NCBI RefSeq assembly: GCF_963921235.1
Contig: NC_086097.1
Coordinates: 90,770,001 to 90,834,000, forward strand
Origin: Mobula hypostoma
Taxonomy: Eukaryota
Length of the DNA stretch: 64,000 nucleotides
Reading direction: 5' to 3'
Notes under the pieces: generated by a model
What the model saw: only the letters and a program-made list of their open reading frames with translations
The model's database searches: none
Told to the model about the DNA's origin: nothing
Translations under genes and position numbers: made by a program
Part shown: positions 10,430 to 24,500 of the stretch, piece by piece
How the letters are laid out: each line of letters opens with the position of its first letter
Numbering within the stretch: the stretch's first letter is position 1

Positions 10430-11964
10430 GGAGTGGGGCCAGCACTTGGAGGACTGCTTTGAGTCAGTGGACTGGACATTGTTCAGGGATTGATCTTTGA
10501 ATCTGAATGAATATGATACAGTTGTCATAGATCTCATAAAGACCTGTGTGGATGAGTGTGTGCCTTCAAGAACATACCAGACATACCCAAACCCAAAGCC
10601 GTGGATAAATCAGGAGATTTGTAGTAATCCAGAACAATACAAGAAGTCCAGGTATGACCTATGGAAGGCTATTTTAAGAATGATAAAACAATTCCGAATG
10701 AAGTTAGAGATGGAATCTGTCGCACGTCAGCCCTGGCAGTGTTTGCAGGCCATTACTTCCTATGAAATGAAACCTGGTGTTATGAATGGCTGTGATGCTT
10801 CACTCACAGAAGAGCTCAACACTTTTTATGCTCACTTTAAAAGGAAGAATAAAATTATACCTGTGTGAATCCCAGTAGTATCTGGTGACCTTGTGACTTT
10901 GTCTCGGAGGACAACGTCAGAACATCTTTCAAGAAGGTGAACGCCCACAGGGCCCTGATGGAGTACCTGGTAGGGCTCTGCAAACCTGTGCCGTCTGACT
11001 AGTGTGAGTGTTCAAGGACATCTTCAGTCTCTCACTGCTGCAGTCAATGGTTCCCACCTGCTTCAAAAGGGCGACAGTTGTACTAGTGCCCAAGGAGAGC
11101 CAGGTGAGCTCCCTCAATGACTATCACCCATTGGCACTCACATCTACAGTGATAAAGTGCTTTGAGAGATTGCTCATGGCCAAAATCAATTCTTGCCTAT
11201 GCAAGGACCTGGACGCGCTGTAATTTGCATATCGCCACAATAGCTCTACAGTGGATACAATCTCGCTGGCTCTCCACTTGGCCTTGAATCACCTGAACAA
11301 TAGTAATAGCTATATCAAGCCATTGCTTATTGATTTCAGCTCAGTGTTCAACACAATCGTACCCTCAGTTCTAATTTACAAGCTCCAAAACATGGTCTCA
11401 GCCTGGGCCTCTGCCACTGATCTTTGACTTCCTCAGGGGGAGACCAGTCTGTGCGGATCGGAAATAATATCTCCTCACTGACAATCAACACTGGTGCACT
11501 TCAAGGATGTGTGCTTAGCTCGCTGCTCTACTCTCTCTACACCCACAAATGTGTGGCTAGGCACAGCTCAAACACCATCTATTTCCTGACGACACAACCA
11601 CTGTTGGCAGGAGTTCAGATTGTGACGAGGAGGAGTACAGGAGCGAGATAGATCAGCTGGTTGAGTGGTGTCACCACAACAACATTGCACTCAACGTCAG
11701 TAAGACCAAGGAATTGATTGTGGACCTCGGGAAGGAGGAGTTGAGGGAACACACACCAGACCTCACAGAGAGATCAGCAGTGGAAAGGGAAACCTATGAA
11801 CATCACCTATTTTTTTCCTCAGTTTTTGCACTACTCATTTAACATTTTTTAATATACATTATTGAAATTTAAAGTTTTTTTGAATTATGCATTGCAAAGT
11901 ACTGCTGCCACAAAGCAACAATTTTACGACATATGCCAGTGATATCAAACCTGATTCTGATTCT
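10430..11964 (+). mobile_element. Decayed Rex1/Babar-type LINE
   Basis: LEDCFESVDW, KPWINQEI, VPTCFKRATVVLVPK..LNDYHPLALTS and QGCVLS motifs with stops. Ends AAACCTGATTCTGATTCT. Confidence 0.8.
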
Positions 11965-12843
11965 ATAATGAGGTGACCAGAAGTGAGGACAATATTCCAA
12001 GTGCAGTCTAATCAGGGTATTTTAGATCTATAACATTACCCTGTGGCTCTTGAACTCAATCCCCCAACTAATGAAGAACAACTCACCACACACCTCTTAA
12101 CAACCCTATCAACCTGCATGACAACTTTGAGAGATCAATGGACACAATCCAGTTTCGACACTAAATCACCATGGTTCTGCACTGAATGGTGTCTAAGGTT
12201 ACGTGCTCAACGTATGTAAAAAGTGTGAAGACAGACTAAGGAGATTTTGGCTTTACACTGCCTGGCTTTTAATGGCCATTTGCTCTTCTTCCTTCCCCAC
12301 AGATGCTGCCTGCCTTGCTGAATACCCCCCGCTTTGTTTTTGTCACTATCTCTACCATTTGCTCTTGCTTCAGCTCCTGACCACGCAAGCCTTTTAAACA
12401 TTCATAAACAAACAAACTTTCAAAAAGAACTGGAAACAATGGTATAAGAATTGAATGGGAACACAGGTAATAAGTAGAGAGGTCTTTTAAAAAGATGGCA
12501 TACACAGAATAGGCCAAACAACCACATGAATGATGTAGCAACTCCTAAATGTTACTGCTTTTTTTTTGTGGCACTGCCCGGGGAAGATTATAAAATTGAG
12601 CCATGCTTTATTTGATGTTCAACGCTTTTCCCTGGTGCTTGTGTTTTATCATTCTGCATTGAAAGATGATAGAATGTAGAAAAAAGGAATCACAATTCCC
12701 CAGACAACACTATAAGAAATCAATTCCGATTGCATGCAGTTTTAGCATGATCAGTTAATCGAGTGAAAACCGGCTATAAAAAGTTGTCATCTGCTTCTCA
12801 AGGTTATTTCCTCAGAGAGGTACCTCAGAGGAAGCCTGAACTG

Positions 12844-15800
12844 GAAACATAGAAACATAGAAACATAGAAAATAGGTGCAGGAGGAGGCCATTCGGCCCT
12901 TCGAGCCTGCACCGCCATTTATTATGATCATGGCTGATCATCCAACTCAGAACCCCACCCCAGCCTTCCCTCCATACCCCCTGACCCCCGTAGTCACAAG
13001 GGCCATATCTAACTCCCTCTTAAATATAGCCAATGAACTGGCCTCAACTGTTTCCTGTGGCAGAGAATTCCACAGATTCACCACTCTCCGTGTGAAGAAG
13101 TTTTTCCTAATCTCGGTCCTAAAAGGCTTCCCCTCTATCCTCAAACTGTGGCCCCTCGTTCTGGACTTCCCCAACATCGGGAACAATCTTCCTGCGTCTA
13201 GCCTGTCCAATCCCTTTAGGATTTTATACGTTTCAATCAGATCCCCCCTCAATCTTCTAAATTCCAATGAGTACAAGCCCAGTTCATCCAATCTTTCTTC
13301 ATATGAAAGTCCTGCCATCCCAGGAATCAATCTGGTGAACCTTCTTTGTACTCCCTCTATGGCAAGGATGTCTTTCCTCAGATTAGGGGACCAAAGCTGC
13401 ACACAATACTCCAGGTGTGGTCTCACCAAGGCCTTGTACAACTGCAGTAGTACCTCCCTGCCCCTGTACTCGAATCCTCTTGCTATAAATGCCAGCATAC
13501 CATTCGCTTTTTCACCGCCTGCTGTACCTACATGCCCACTTTCAATGACTGGTGTATAATGACACCTAGGTCTCATTGCACCTCCCCTTTTCCTAATTGG
13601 CCACCATTCAGATAATAATCTGTTTTCCTATTTTTGCCACCAAAGTGGATAACTTCACATTTATCCACATTAAATTGCATCTGCCATGAATTTGCCCACT
13701 CACTCACCCAACCTATCCAAGTCACCCTGCATCCTCTTAGCATCCTCCTCACAGCTAACACTGCCACCCAGCTTCGTGTCATCCGCAAACTTGGAGATGC
13801 TGCATTCAATTCCCTCATCCAAGTCATTAATATATATTGTAAACAACTGGGGTCCCAGCCCTGAGCCTTGCGGTACCCCACTAGTCACCGCCTGCCATTC
13901 TGAAAAGATCCCGTTTATTCCCACTCTTTGCTTCCTGTCTGCTAACCAATTCTCCACCCACATCAATACCTTACCCCCAATACCGTGTGCTTTAAGTTTG
14001 CACACTAATCTCTTGTGTGGGACCTTGTCAAAAGCCTTTTGAAAATCCAGATATACCACGTCCACTGGTTCTCCCCTATCCACTCTACTAGTTACATCCT
14101 CAAAAAATTCTGTGAGATTCGTCAGACATGATTTTCCTTTCACAAATCCATGCTGACTTTGTCCGATCATTTCACCGCTTTCCAAATGTGCTGTTATCAC
14201 ATCCTTGATAACTGACTCCAGCAGTTTCCCCACCACCGACGTTAGGCTAACCAGTCTATAATTCCCCGGTTTCTCTCTCCCTCCCTTTTTAAAAAGTGGG
14301 GTTACATTAGCCACCCTCCAATCCTCAGGAACTAGTCCAGAATCTAAAGAGTTTTGAAAAATTATCACTAATGCATCCACTATTTCTTGGGCTACTTCCT
14401 TAAGCACTCTAGGATGCAGACCATCTGGCCCTGGGGAATTATCTGCCTTCAATCCCTTCAATTTACCTAACACCACTTCCCTACTAACATGTATTTCACT
14501 CAGTTCCTCCATCTCACTGGACCCTCTGTCCCCTACTATTTCTGGAAGATTATTTATGTCCTCCTTAGTGAAGACAGAACCAAAGTAATTATTCAATTGG
14601 TCTGCCATGTCCTTGCTCCCCATAATCAATTCACCTGTTTCTGTCTGCAGGGGACCTACATTTGTCTTTACCAGTCTTTTCCTTTTTACATATCTATAAA
14701 AGCTTTTACAGTCTGTTTTTATGTTCCCTGCCAGTTTTCTCTCATAATCTTTTTTCCCCTTCCTAATTAAGCCCTTTGTCCTCCTCTCCTGAACTCTGAA
14801 TTTCTCCCAGTCCTCAGGTGAGCCACTTTCTCTGGCTAATTTGTATGCTTCTTCTTTGGAATTGATACTATCCCTAATTTCTCTTGTCAGCCACGGGTGC
14901 ACTACCTTCCTTGATTTATTCTTTTGCCAAACTGGGATGAACAATTGTTGTAGTTCATCCATGCAACCTTTAAATGCTCGCCATTGCATATCCACCGTCA
15001 ATCCTTTAAGTGTCATTTGCCAGTCTATCTTAGCTAATTCACGTCTCATACCTTCAAAGTTACCCCTCTTTAAGTTCAGAACCTTTGCTTCTGAATTAAC
15101 TATGTCACTCTCCATATTAATGAAGAATTCCACCATATTATGATCACTCTTACCCAAGGGGCCTCTCACGACAAGATCGCTAATTAACCCTTCCTCATTG
15201 CTCAAAACCCAGTCCAGAATAGCCTGCTCTCTAGTTGGTTCCTCGACATGTTGGTTCAAAAAACCATCCCGCATACATTCCAAGAAATCCTCTTCCTCAA
15301 CACCTTTACCAATTTGGTTCACCCAATCTACATGTAGATTGAAGTCACCCATTATAACTGCTGTTCCTTTATTGCACACATTTCTAATTTCCTGTTTAAT
15401 ACCATCTCCGACCTCACTACTACTGTTAGGTGGCCTGTACACAACTCCCACCAGCGTCTTCTGCCCCTTAGTGTTACGCAGCTCTACCCATATCGATTCC
15501 ACATCTTCCCGGCTTATGTCCTTCCTTTCTATTGCGTTAATCTCTTCTTTAACCAGCAACGCCACCCCACCTCCCCTTCCTTCATGTCTATCCCTCCTGA
15601 ATATTGAATATCCCTGAACGCTGAGCTCCCATCCCTGGTCACCCTGGAGCCATGTCTCTGTGATCCCAACTATATCATAATCATTAATAACAATCTGCAC
15701 TTTCAATTCATCCACCTTATTACGAATGCTCCTTGCATTGACACACAAAGCCTTCAGGCGCTCTTTTACAACTCTCTTAGCCCTTATACAATTATGTTGA

Positions 15801-16181
15801 AAAGTGGCCCTTTTTAATGCTTGCCCTGGATTTGTTGGCCTGCCACTTTTACTTTTCTCCTTTGTACTTTTTGCCTCTACCCTCACTTTACACCCCTCTG
15901 TCTCTCTGCACTGGTTCCCATCCCCCTGTTGTGAACTAATCTCCTCACGCCTAGCCTCTTTAATTTTATTCCCACCCCCCAACCATTCTAGTTTAAAGTC
16001 ACCTCAGTAGCCCCCGCTAATCTACCTGCCAGGATATTGGTCCCCCTAGGATTCAAGTGTAACCCGTCCTTTTTGTACAGGTCACGCCTGCGCCAAAAGA
16101 GGTCCCAATGATCCAAAAACTTGAATCCCTGCCCCCTGCTCCAATCCCTCAGCCACGCATTTATCCTCCACCTCATCGCAT
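12844..16181 (-). mobile_element. Young 5'-truncated CR1 LINE: ORF1 C-terminus, nearly intact ORF2 and 3' (TTTCTATG)n tail
   Basis: ORF1 SGNH-esterase end (DGLHLN) at 15988-16176; ORF2 endonuclease plus RT; 8-bp terminal repeats at 12844-12870. Confidence 0.95.
12947..15997 (-). pseudogene. CR1 ORF2 (APE endonuclease + reverse transcriptase), with frameshifts near 13700 and 13510
   Basis: [51 protein letters not shown] 4-bp duplication in CACTCACTCAC near 13700 breaks the frame. Confidence 0.9.
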
Positions 16182-16489
16182 TGGAGAGGAGGCATTGGTG
16201 ATTTTTTTTTTACCTAAGTCTTTGTGAAGGCAGAGGTCAGCTTGATTTGATGAACAGGTAGTGTCAGATCTTTTCTTCAGATTTGATATTAAACTAGAGT
16301 GACAGGGTGAATGATTGTAAATCTATGGCCTTACGTTACTTCAAGCTCACGTACCTCAGAGATGACAATGGATGCTTTCTTCTGTTACAATTTATTACCT
16401 ATTGCTGTGCAAAGTTGTTTCACCTTAAGGAAATTATGACCGTATCCAAAAATATGCAAATGTAGTTGATGCAAATAAAGAAGTATTTT

Positions 16490-17180
16490 TGGAATTCTGC
16501 AGTTGCAGGATGGATTTGGTCCTGGCACTGGGGAGGCAACATACCATTCTGCAATCTTGCTTACAGTTCTGATCTCCTTACTTGAGGAAGAACATATTTG
16601 GAAAAGCAGGAATGCAGCAAAGGCTTGCCAGAATGATTCCACGGATGGAGGAGAAGTCATCCTATGAGGAGAGAGCAAGCAGAAGTGGCCTATATCCTCC
16701 AGAGATTAGAAGAATGAGAGGTGATTTTATTGAAGCCTACACAATGTGTACAGAGCTTGATGAGAAAGAAGACGAGTTGGAGTTTCCACTGGCTGGGGAA
16801 TCCAGATCACTGGATCACAGACACAAGATATTCTGCAGATGCCGGAAATCCAGACTAACACACAAAATGCTGGAAGAACTCGACATGTCTGGCATCTTCT
16901 ACGAAAATGAATAAACAGTCAAAGTTTCAGGATGAGACCCTTGTTATAGGGCTCCTCATTCAGGATTGAGACAATAAGAAATGTCTTCACCCAGACAGTG
17001 GAGAACGTTTAAAGTTCTCAACTTCAAAGGGCTATTGGAGGCTCAGTAACAGGTATTAAGAGAATCAAGGGACATGGGGTAGAGCAGGAGGGTAGAACTG
17101 AAATATATAAAAAAAAATCAGAATGGTCTTAATGAACAGATATGAGGGCTGAAATAGTTTATTCCAGTTTCTATTCCTTA
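16490..17180 (+). mobile_element. Old CR1 3' fragment with an inverted PLE-derived insert (about 16830-16945)
   Basis: SYEER..GLYPPEIRRMRGDFIEAY in ORF 16582-16914; the insert matches the reverse complement of the 4138-4481 tail. Confidence 0.65.
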
Positions 17181-17867
17181 AGATCTTTCCAGAGACACAT
17201 GGATCCTACGAATGAATCAAATATAATGGGGAAAGGAGTTGAAACTAATTTAATAGCTCTACCAAAGAGAAAGCCTCCAGATAGCCTCCTGCACCACTAA
17301 CTGTTCCCATTCATTCTAATTGTCAAAAGTGGGATGAACCCGTAACTTTATGACAAGTGTTCAACTAGGCTGATAAAAGACATAATAGAAAGAAGAGTAA
17401 AGCTAAGGAAAACACATTGTTTCTCATAATGTTCTTCTGGAAACTTCCTGTTTCATCAGGTGAGGATTTACGATCCTTGCCCTGGTTTATGATTAGTGGG
17501 AATGGCTTCTGTGGCTCGATATTCTATCATGATTTATCCATTTTTAGTTTCTGCAATTTATTCATCTCTGGTCCAACTATGTGTAACGACTGAACACATA
17601 CATCTGTGTTTCTCAGACTGCTTGCAGTTTAGAGTCCTCAATCTCTACTTTACTGCCTTTGGACAAGACCAAGCAAAGATTTGACATCTAGTCAGGTGAG
17701 TATGTGTATATGTGTGTTTATGTTAGTGTGTGCATACTAGTGTACATGTTTATGTGTCTATGTGTGTGTGCACGTTGTGACCAGTGACAAAATCTAGGTT
17801 TAAAAATGTGTCTCAAAGGTTCATATCAACATATCATTTATTTTACTATGTTTTTCTTTACAAGACC

Positions 17868-18125
17868 AGGCTGGTGGCGTAGTGGCATCAGTGCCAGACT
17901 TCAGGACAAAAGGTCCCGAGTTTGAATCCAGCAGGCTCCCCTGCACGCTTTCCATCCGTGCTGGGTTATGAGCCGGTGATCTCTTTGGAAACTCACCCGG
18001 CAGAAGGCAATGGCAAACCACTGCTGTAACTTGCCTCATACGCGGTTCCCCACTACGTCAGAGAGACGTGGAGGGAAATCGTCCGCTAACCGGAGAAACT
18101 CCGGATGCGATGTACCTTTCCTTTT
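17868..18125 (+). mobile_element. tRNA-derived SINE with an RTE-type motif
   Basis: A box TGGCGTAGTGG, B box GTTTGAATCC, GAAGGCAATGGCAAACCACT motif (Bov-B/RTE-like) and TACCTTTCCTTT tail. Confidence 0.65.
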
Positions 18126-18546
18126 TTCTTTACAACATGGAAGGAGACCATTCGGCCTATCAAATCTATGCCAGGTCACAGAGCAATTCTATTCCCCACC
18201 AATTTCCCCTCAGACCTATTCTTCCTACATCTCTGACACTCCATCACTAATCATTTACAAACATACAGAAGCTTATGAGCCATACTGTATACTGGCCAAT
18301 GGGACGATCTTAGGTAGATATCTGGGTTGGCATGGACGAGCTGGGCTGAAGGACCTGTCTCCATGCTGTATCAGTCCATGGGGCAACTTGCAGTTGCAAT
18401 TAACCAACCAACATGCATGCTTTGAGGATGTGTGAGGAAGATGGAGAAAATGAGAGGAAGCAGCTTCAGAGACATTCTCACTGGACCCACACTCAATTAT
18501 GTAGGAGTGGTTTCTTCCCTTTGCCATCAGATTTCATGAACCAATG

Positions 18547-21500
18547 GTGATGAGCGTCCTTGATGAGGATGGTTTGGACCCAAATGCTGGAGCATCCAAG
18601 GCTAGGATTGAGACACGGAATAAAACTGGATCGAGAACTGAGCACAGAACAAAACTCCAGACGATATCTCTGGTTGGGCTTATGACTGAGCACTGAGGCT
18701 CTGTTTAGGTGTTGTTTAAATATTCAGTTCTTGGCACCCAAAACATGTTTGCCAATTAGCGGGATGGCCTGAATCTTTAAACAGGTCTTGACAGCTATCC
18801 ATATTCCGGAGAGCTAGAGTGTCTAAACCCCGGAAGCTGGCGTGATTGGGTGCATGATTTAACAGGATCCTCTCCTCTACGGCCTACTCCTAATGGCCCT
18901 GGCTGATCAGAGAGAAAATGATGATGGTAGTCTTGGATGAGAACTGGATCCAAGATGACCCAGCACCATTCCTCAGTCTGATCGCATGGATGAACTAGAA
19001 CAATTGTTCATCCCAGTTTGGCAAAAGAATAAATCAGGGAAGGTAGTGCACCGGTGGCTGACAAGGGAAATTAGGGATAGTATCAATTCCAAAGAAGAAG
19101 CATACAAATTAGCCAGAAAAAGTGGCTCACCTGAGGACTGGGAGAAATTCAGAGTTCAGCAGAGGAGGACCAAGGGCTTAATTAGGAAGGGGAAAAAAGA
19201 TTATGAGAGAAAACTGGCAGAGAACATAAAAACGGACTGTAAAAGCTTTTATAGATATGTAAAAAGGAAAAGACTGGTAAAGACAAATGTAGGTCCCCTG
19301 CAGACAGAAACAGGTGAATTGATTATAGGGAGCAAGGACATGGCAGACCAATTGAAAAATTACTTTGGTTCTGTCTTCACTAAGGAGGACATAAATAATC
19401 TTCCGGAAGTAGTAGGGGACAGAGGGTCCAGTGAGATGGAGGAACTGAGCGAAATACATGTTAGTAGGGAAGTGGTGTTAGGTAAATTGAAGGGATTAAA
19501 GGCAGGTAAATCCCCAGGGCCAGATGGTTTGCATCCCAGAGTGCTTAAGGAAGTAGCCCAAGAAATAGTGGATGCATTAGTGATAATTTTTCAAAACTCT
19601 TTAGATTCTGGACTAGTTCCTGAGGATTGGAGGGTGGCTAATGTAACCCCACTTTTTAAAAAAGGAGGGAGAGAGAAACCGGGGAATTATAGACCGGTTT
19701 GCCTAACATCAGTGATGGGGAAACTGCTAGAGTCAGTTATCAAAGATGTGATAACAGCACATTTGGAAAGAGGTGAAAACATCGGACAAAGTCAGCATGG
19801 ATTTGTGAAAGAAAAATCATGTCTGACGAATCTCATAGAATTTTTTGAGGATGTAACTAGTAGAGTGGATAGGGGAGAACCAGTGGATGTGGTATATTTG
19901 GATTTTCAAAAGGTTTTTGACAAGGTCCCACACAGGAGATTAGTGTGCAAACTTAAAGCACACGGTATTGGGGGTAAGGTATTGATGTGGATAGAGAATT
20001 GGTTGGCAGACAGGAAGCAAAGAGTGGGAATAAACGGGACCTTTTCAGAATGGCAGGCGGTGACTAGTGGGGTACCGCAAGGCTCAGTGCTGGGACCCCA
20101 GTTGTTTACAATATATATTAATGACTCGGATGAGGGAAATAAATGCAGCATCTCCAAGCTTGCGGTGACACGAAGCTGGGCGGCAGTGTTAGCTGTGAGG
20201 AGGATGCTAAAAGGATGCAGGGTGACTTGGATAGGTTAGGGGAGTGGGTAAATTCATGGCAGATGCAATTTAATGTGGATAAATGTGAAGTTATCCACTT
20301 TGGTGGCAAAAATAGGAAAACAGATTATTATCTGAATGGTGGCCGATTAGGAAAAGGGGAGGTGCAACGAGATCTGGGTGTCATTATACACCAGTCATTG
20401 AAAGTGGGCATGCAGGTACAGCAGGCGGTGAAAAAGGCGAATGGTATGCTGGCATTTATAGCAAGAGGATTCGAGTACAGGAGCAGGGAGGTACTACTGC
20501 AGTTGTACAAGGCCTTGGTGAGACCACACCTGGAGTATTGTGCGCAATTTTGGTCCCCTAATCTGAGGAAAGACATCCTTGCCACAGAGGGAGTACAAAG
20601 AAGGTTCACCAGATTGATTCCTGGGATGACAGGACTTTCATATGATGAAAGACTGGATGAACTAGGCTTATACTCATTGGAATTTAGAAGATTGAGGGGG
20701 GATCTGTTTGAAATGTATAAAATCCTAAAGGGATTGGACAGGCTAGATGCAGGAAGATTGTTCCCGATGTTGGGGAAGTCCAGAATGAGGGGCCACAGTT
20801 TGAGGATAAAGGGGAAGCCTTTTAGGACTGAGATTAGGAAAAACTTCTTCACACAGAGAGTGGTGAATCTGTGGAATTCTCTGCCACAGGAAACAGTTGA
20901 GGCCAGTTCATTGACTATATTTAAGAGGGAGTTAGATAAGGCCCTTGTGGCTAAAGGAATCAGAGGGTATGGAGGGAAGGCTGGTACAGGGTTCTGAGTT
21001 GAATGATCAGCCATGATCATACTGAATGGCGGTGCAGGCTTGAGGGGCTGAATGGCCTACTCCTGCACCTATTTTCTATGTTTCTATGTTTCTATGAATC
21101 CTTCCTAGTCCACAAGGAGCTGTCAAACACCCTGAACAGTCTGTGAATCTAAAATTCTTCTCACAGTGAAGACCTGCTCCCCATCGCCAAACCTGGGTAG
21201 CGGCAGGACTGATGGTCGTGGGGCTAACAGACTGGTGTTCACAGGTTTTAATTTGGAAATATGGAAGGTGGGAACTGGGCGTTGGGGAGCTGTAAGGTGT
21301 AAGTCACCAGGTTTCCTTTCCTGAGAATCTTGAAGTGTCCAATGAACTTGGGCACCAATTTCCTAGACTCCACTCGGAGAGACAAATCCTGAGTCAATAG
21401 CCAGGCCCATTGTCCATGCTGCAAACTGGTCCCCGTCTTCTCTTGTGGTTAGCCTTTATTTCAGCCTTCCGGGTAGAGGCCAACAAAATCTCCCTTGCCC

Positions 21501-24500
21501 TAGTTCATTTCTCCTTGCAGCATTGAATGCGATCTTTGGCCACAGGAACCCCAACCTCAGCTGCCTGCTCAGGGAAGAGTGGCGGAGAATACCCAAGCTG
21601 CATAGAAATAGGAACATCCTGTGTGCCGAATGCCATGGAGTGTCCTAGGTGACCTCTGCCCACATCAAATAGTCACACACTCATCTCGTCTTTCAGAGGC
21701 CAGGCACATTAGGATTTGTTCCAAATCCTGGTTCATCTGCTCCATCCGGCTGTTGGGCTGCAGGTTAGACCCAGAGGAAAGGCTCACCGTTGCCCCAACA
21801 GGCTTACAGAACACCCTCCAAAAATATGATGTGAATTGCAGACCACCACCTAACACAATTTCCACTGGAAAACCATAAATCCTGAAGACCTGGTGAAGGA
21901 CAATTTCAGCCATCTCCATCGCAGATGGTAGTCTATCCAAGGCGAAGAATTTGCAGACCTTCGAGAAATGATCCACGATTACTACGCTAACGGTCTTCCC
22001 CCAGGAAGGAGAAAGACCAATGACAGAGTCCAAGGAGAAGTGCACCCGTGGTCTTTCTGGAACAGGCAGTGGGTGAAGGAGCCCTTGAGGCTGGGTGCGA
22101 GTCTCCTTGTTCTGGATGCACACCTCACGTGCCTACACGTAACGATGGACCTCCCTTGTCCGTCCAGGCCACCAAAATCATCTCTTAATGAACTCAAGGG
22201 TCCTGGCAATCCCTGGGTGAACAGTCACTTTCGATGCATGTCCCCATTGAAGAACCTGGGACCAGACGGAATTAGGAATGAACAGCCGACCCAGAGGACT
22301 GTTCTGAGGAATCTCCCCTTGATCTTGGGCCTTGAGTCTCCAATGCATTGGTGCTATCACCTTGGCTTCGGGCAAATTAGTGGTAGGCTGTTCCTCTTGT
22401 TCAGGTTCGTCAAAATGACAGGATAAGGCATCTGGCTTCTGTTTTTTCGGCCCTGGTCGATAGGGCAGGACAGAATTAAAGCAGTGAAAGAAAAGAGACC
22501 ACCTGGCCTCCCTGTAGTTTAGTATCTTTGCATCTTGAGTAGAAGCCAGGTTCTTATGGTCTGCCCATACGATAAAAGGGTTCTTGGTCCCCTCAAGCCA
22601 GTGATGTCATTCCTGCAGAGCCAACCTGACTGAGAGCAGTTCTCTATTCCCAGTGTCATAGTTCACCTCTGCCGGGGATAGTCCCCTGGAAAAGAACACA
22701 CATGGGGGCAGTTTATTGTACGGAGGTGTCTGTTGTAGCAATACTGCACCCACTCCGACATCCGAGACATCCACCTCCACAATGAAGGGAAGGTCTGGGT
22801 TGGATGTAGTCAAAATGGGAGCAGTTGTGAACCGCTGTTTGAGCTCTGCAAAAGCAGCCTACTCTTTGGTAGTCCAAACGAAAGGGCTCGTGGATCTTTT
22901 GGTTAATGCTGTCAGCAGAGCTGCCCCTAAACTGAAGTTTCTGATGAACTTTGCATAAAAGTTGGCAAATCCCAGGAATCATTGGACTTGTTTCATACTG
23001 GATGGTTGTGGCCAATCTGTGACTGCCTGCTTCTTACTAGGGTTCATCTTGAGATCGCCATTAGAGATGACGAAGCCCAAAAGTGAAATGGTGGTTATGT
23101 GACACTTGGACTTCTCCATATTGATGTAACATCCATGAGCAAGAAGCCCTTCTAGGATATCTATGACATGAACTCCTCCATGGACTTGCAGAAAATTAGG
23201 ACATTGTCCAAGCAGACAAATGCGTACTTATGGACAATGTCTCAGAGTACATTGTTTGTAAAGGCCTGGAAAGCTGCTGGCTTGTTCACAAGGCTGAGGG
23301 GCATGACCTGATACTCATAGTGCCCTGTCGGTGCCCTGTGAATGCCGTCTTCCACTCGTCACCCTCCTTTATGCAGACCAGATTGTACGCAATCCACATG
23401 TCTAGCTTTGAGAATACTCTTGACCCTTGGAGAACCTCAACGGCAGTGTTCATGAGAGGAAGAGGGTAACGATTCCTGACTGTTATGCAATTCAGCCCTC
23501 TATAATCAATGCATGGCCACAGGCTCCCATCTTTTTACTGTACAAAGAAGAATCCGGCTGGATAATTGGAGGGCTGAATGAATCCCGCGGCAAGAGCTTC
23601 CTTTACATATCTCCTCCATAGTGCTTCACTCCGGGCCTGAGAGCGTGTAGTCGACCCCATGGAGGACAAGTACCAGGCAGTAGATCTATTGCATAGTCAT
23701 AATATCCATGTGATGGAAGAGTCGAAGCCTTTCCTTTGCTGAAGACATCTTACAAATCCTTGTATGCAGAAGGGATTTCTACCTGCTCGGGTGCTGTAAT
23801 TACCCCCAAAACTTTCTCCGAGGACAACTCCTGAGGCTCTTTAGGTAGCGGGGGTAATTCAGCAGACTCCAGGGTCTCCTCCATGTCCACAAGAGAAAAC
23901 AGAGGCCACATCACAGTCCAAATCCTCATCTGTCCCCACAGACATTGACAGTGAAGTCCTTGTGCTCCTGGGACTTGGCTCCAAGGGTCTCCATTCTGGA
24001 GCCTTCTACTTAGACAAGCCCTGGCAACTGGAGCCCTTTGGCTTAGTTGTTAGAGTTCCAGACTGCTTGGGCACCTCCTTGGCTTGCTCCTGAACTAGAG
24101 ATGTAGTTCCTGCACTCTCCTGACGGGTCTGGGTCAGGACTTGCATGGGTCTGTTGGCTGGAGCTGGCTTGTCTGCCCCCTCACTGGCCGCTGGTCTCAG
24201 GAGAGTCTGGGGATTGGAACACCAAGACAAAAACACACTTTCTTGCAGCTACTGGACCATGCAATGATCCTTCATTCCTTCCAGTTCACCAAAGGGTTAT
24301 GCTGGGACAGCCAAGGATGCCTGAGGATCAGGGGTATGTGAGGAGACTCAATAATAGAGAAACTAATGTCCTCTGCGTGATCTTCTCTCCTCATCTGCAA
24401 GACCAATGTCTGCTGCCAGATCTGCTCAGAACCAAGCAGACGGCTGTCTGAGACAGTGGCTGGCATGGGCTGGCTCAACTTCTGCAGCGGTATGCGTGGT

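Noticed and set aside
12876..13559. Long antisense ORFs over CR1 RT (also 20328-21020 and 62870-63985)
   Set aside because: Recurrence only reflects copies of the same element; no recognisable motifs; a typical shadow of RT codon usage.
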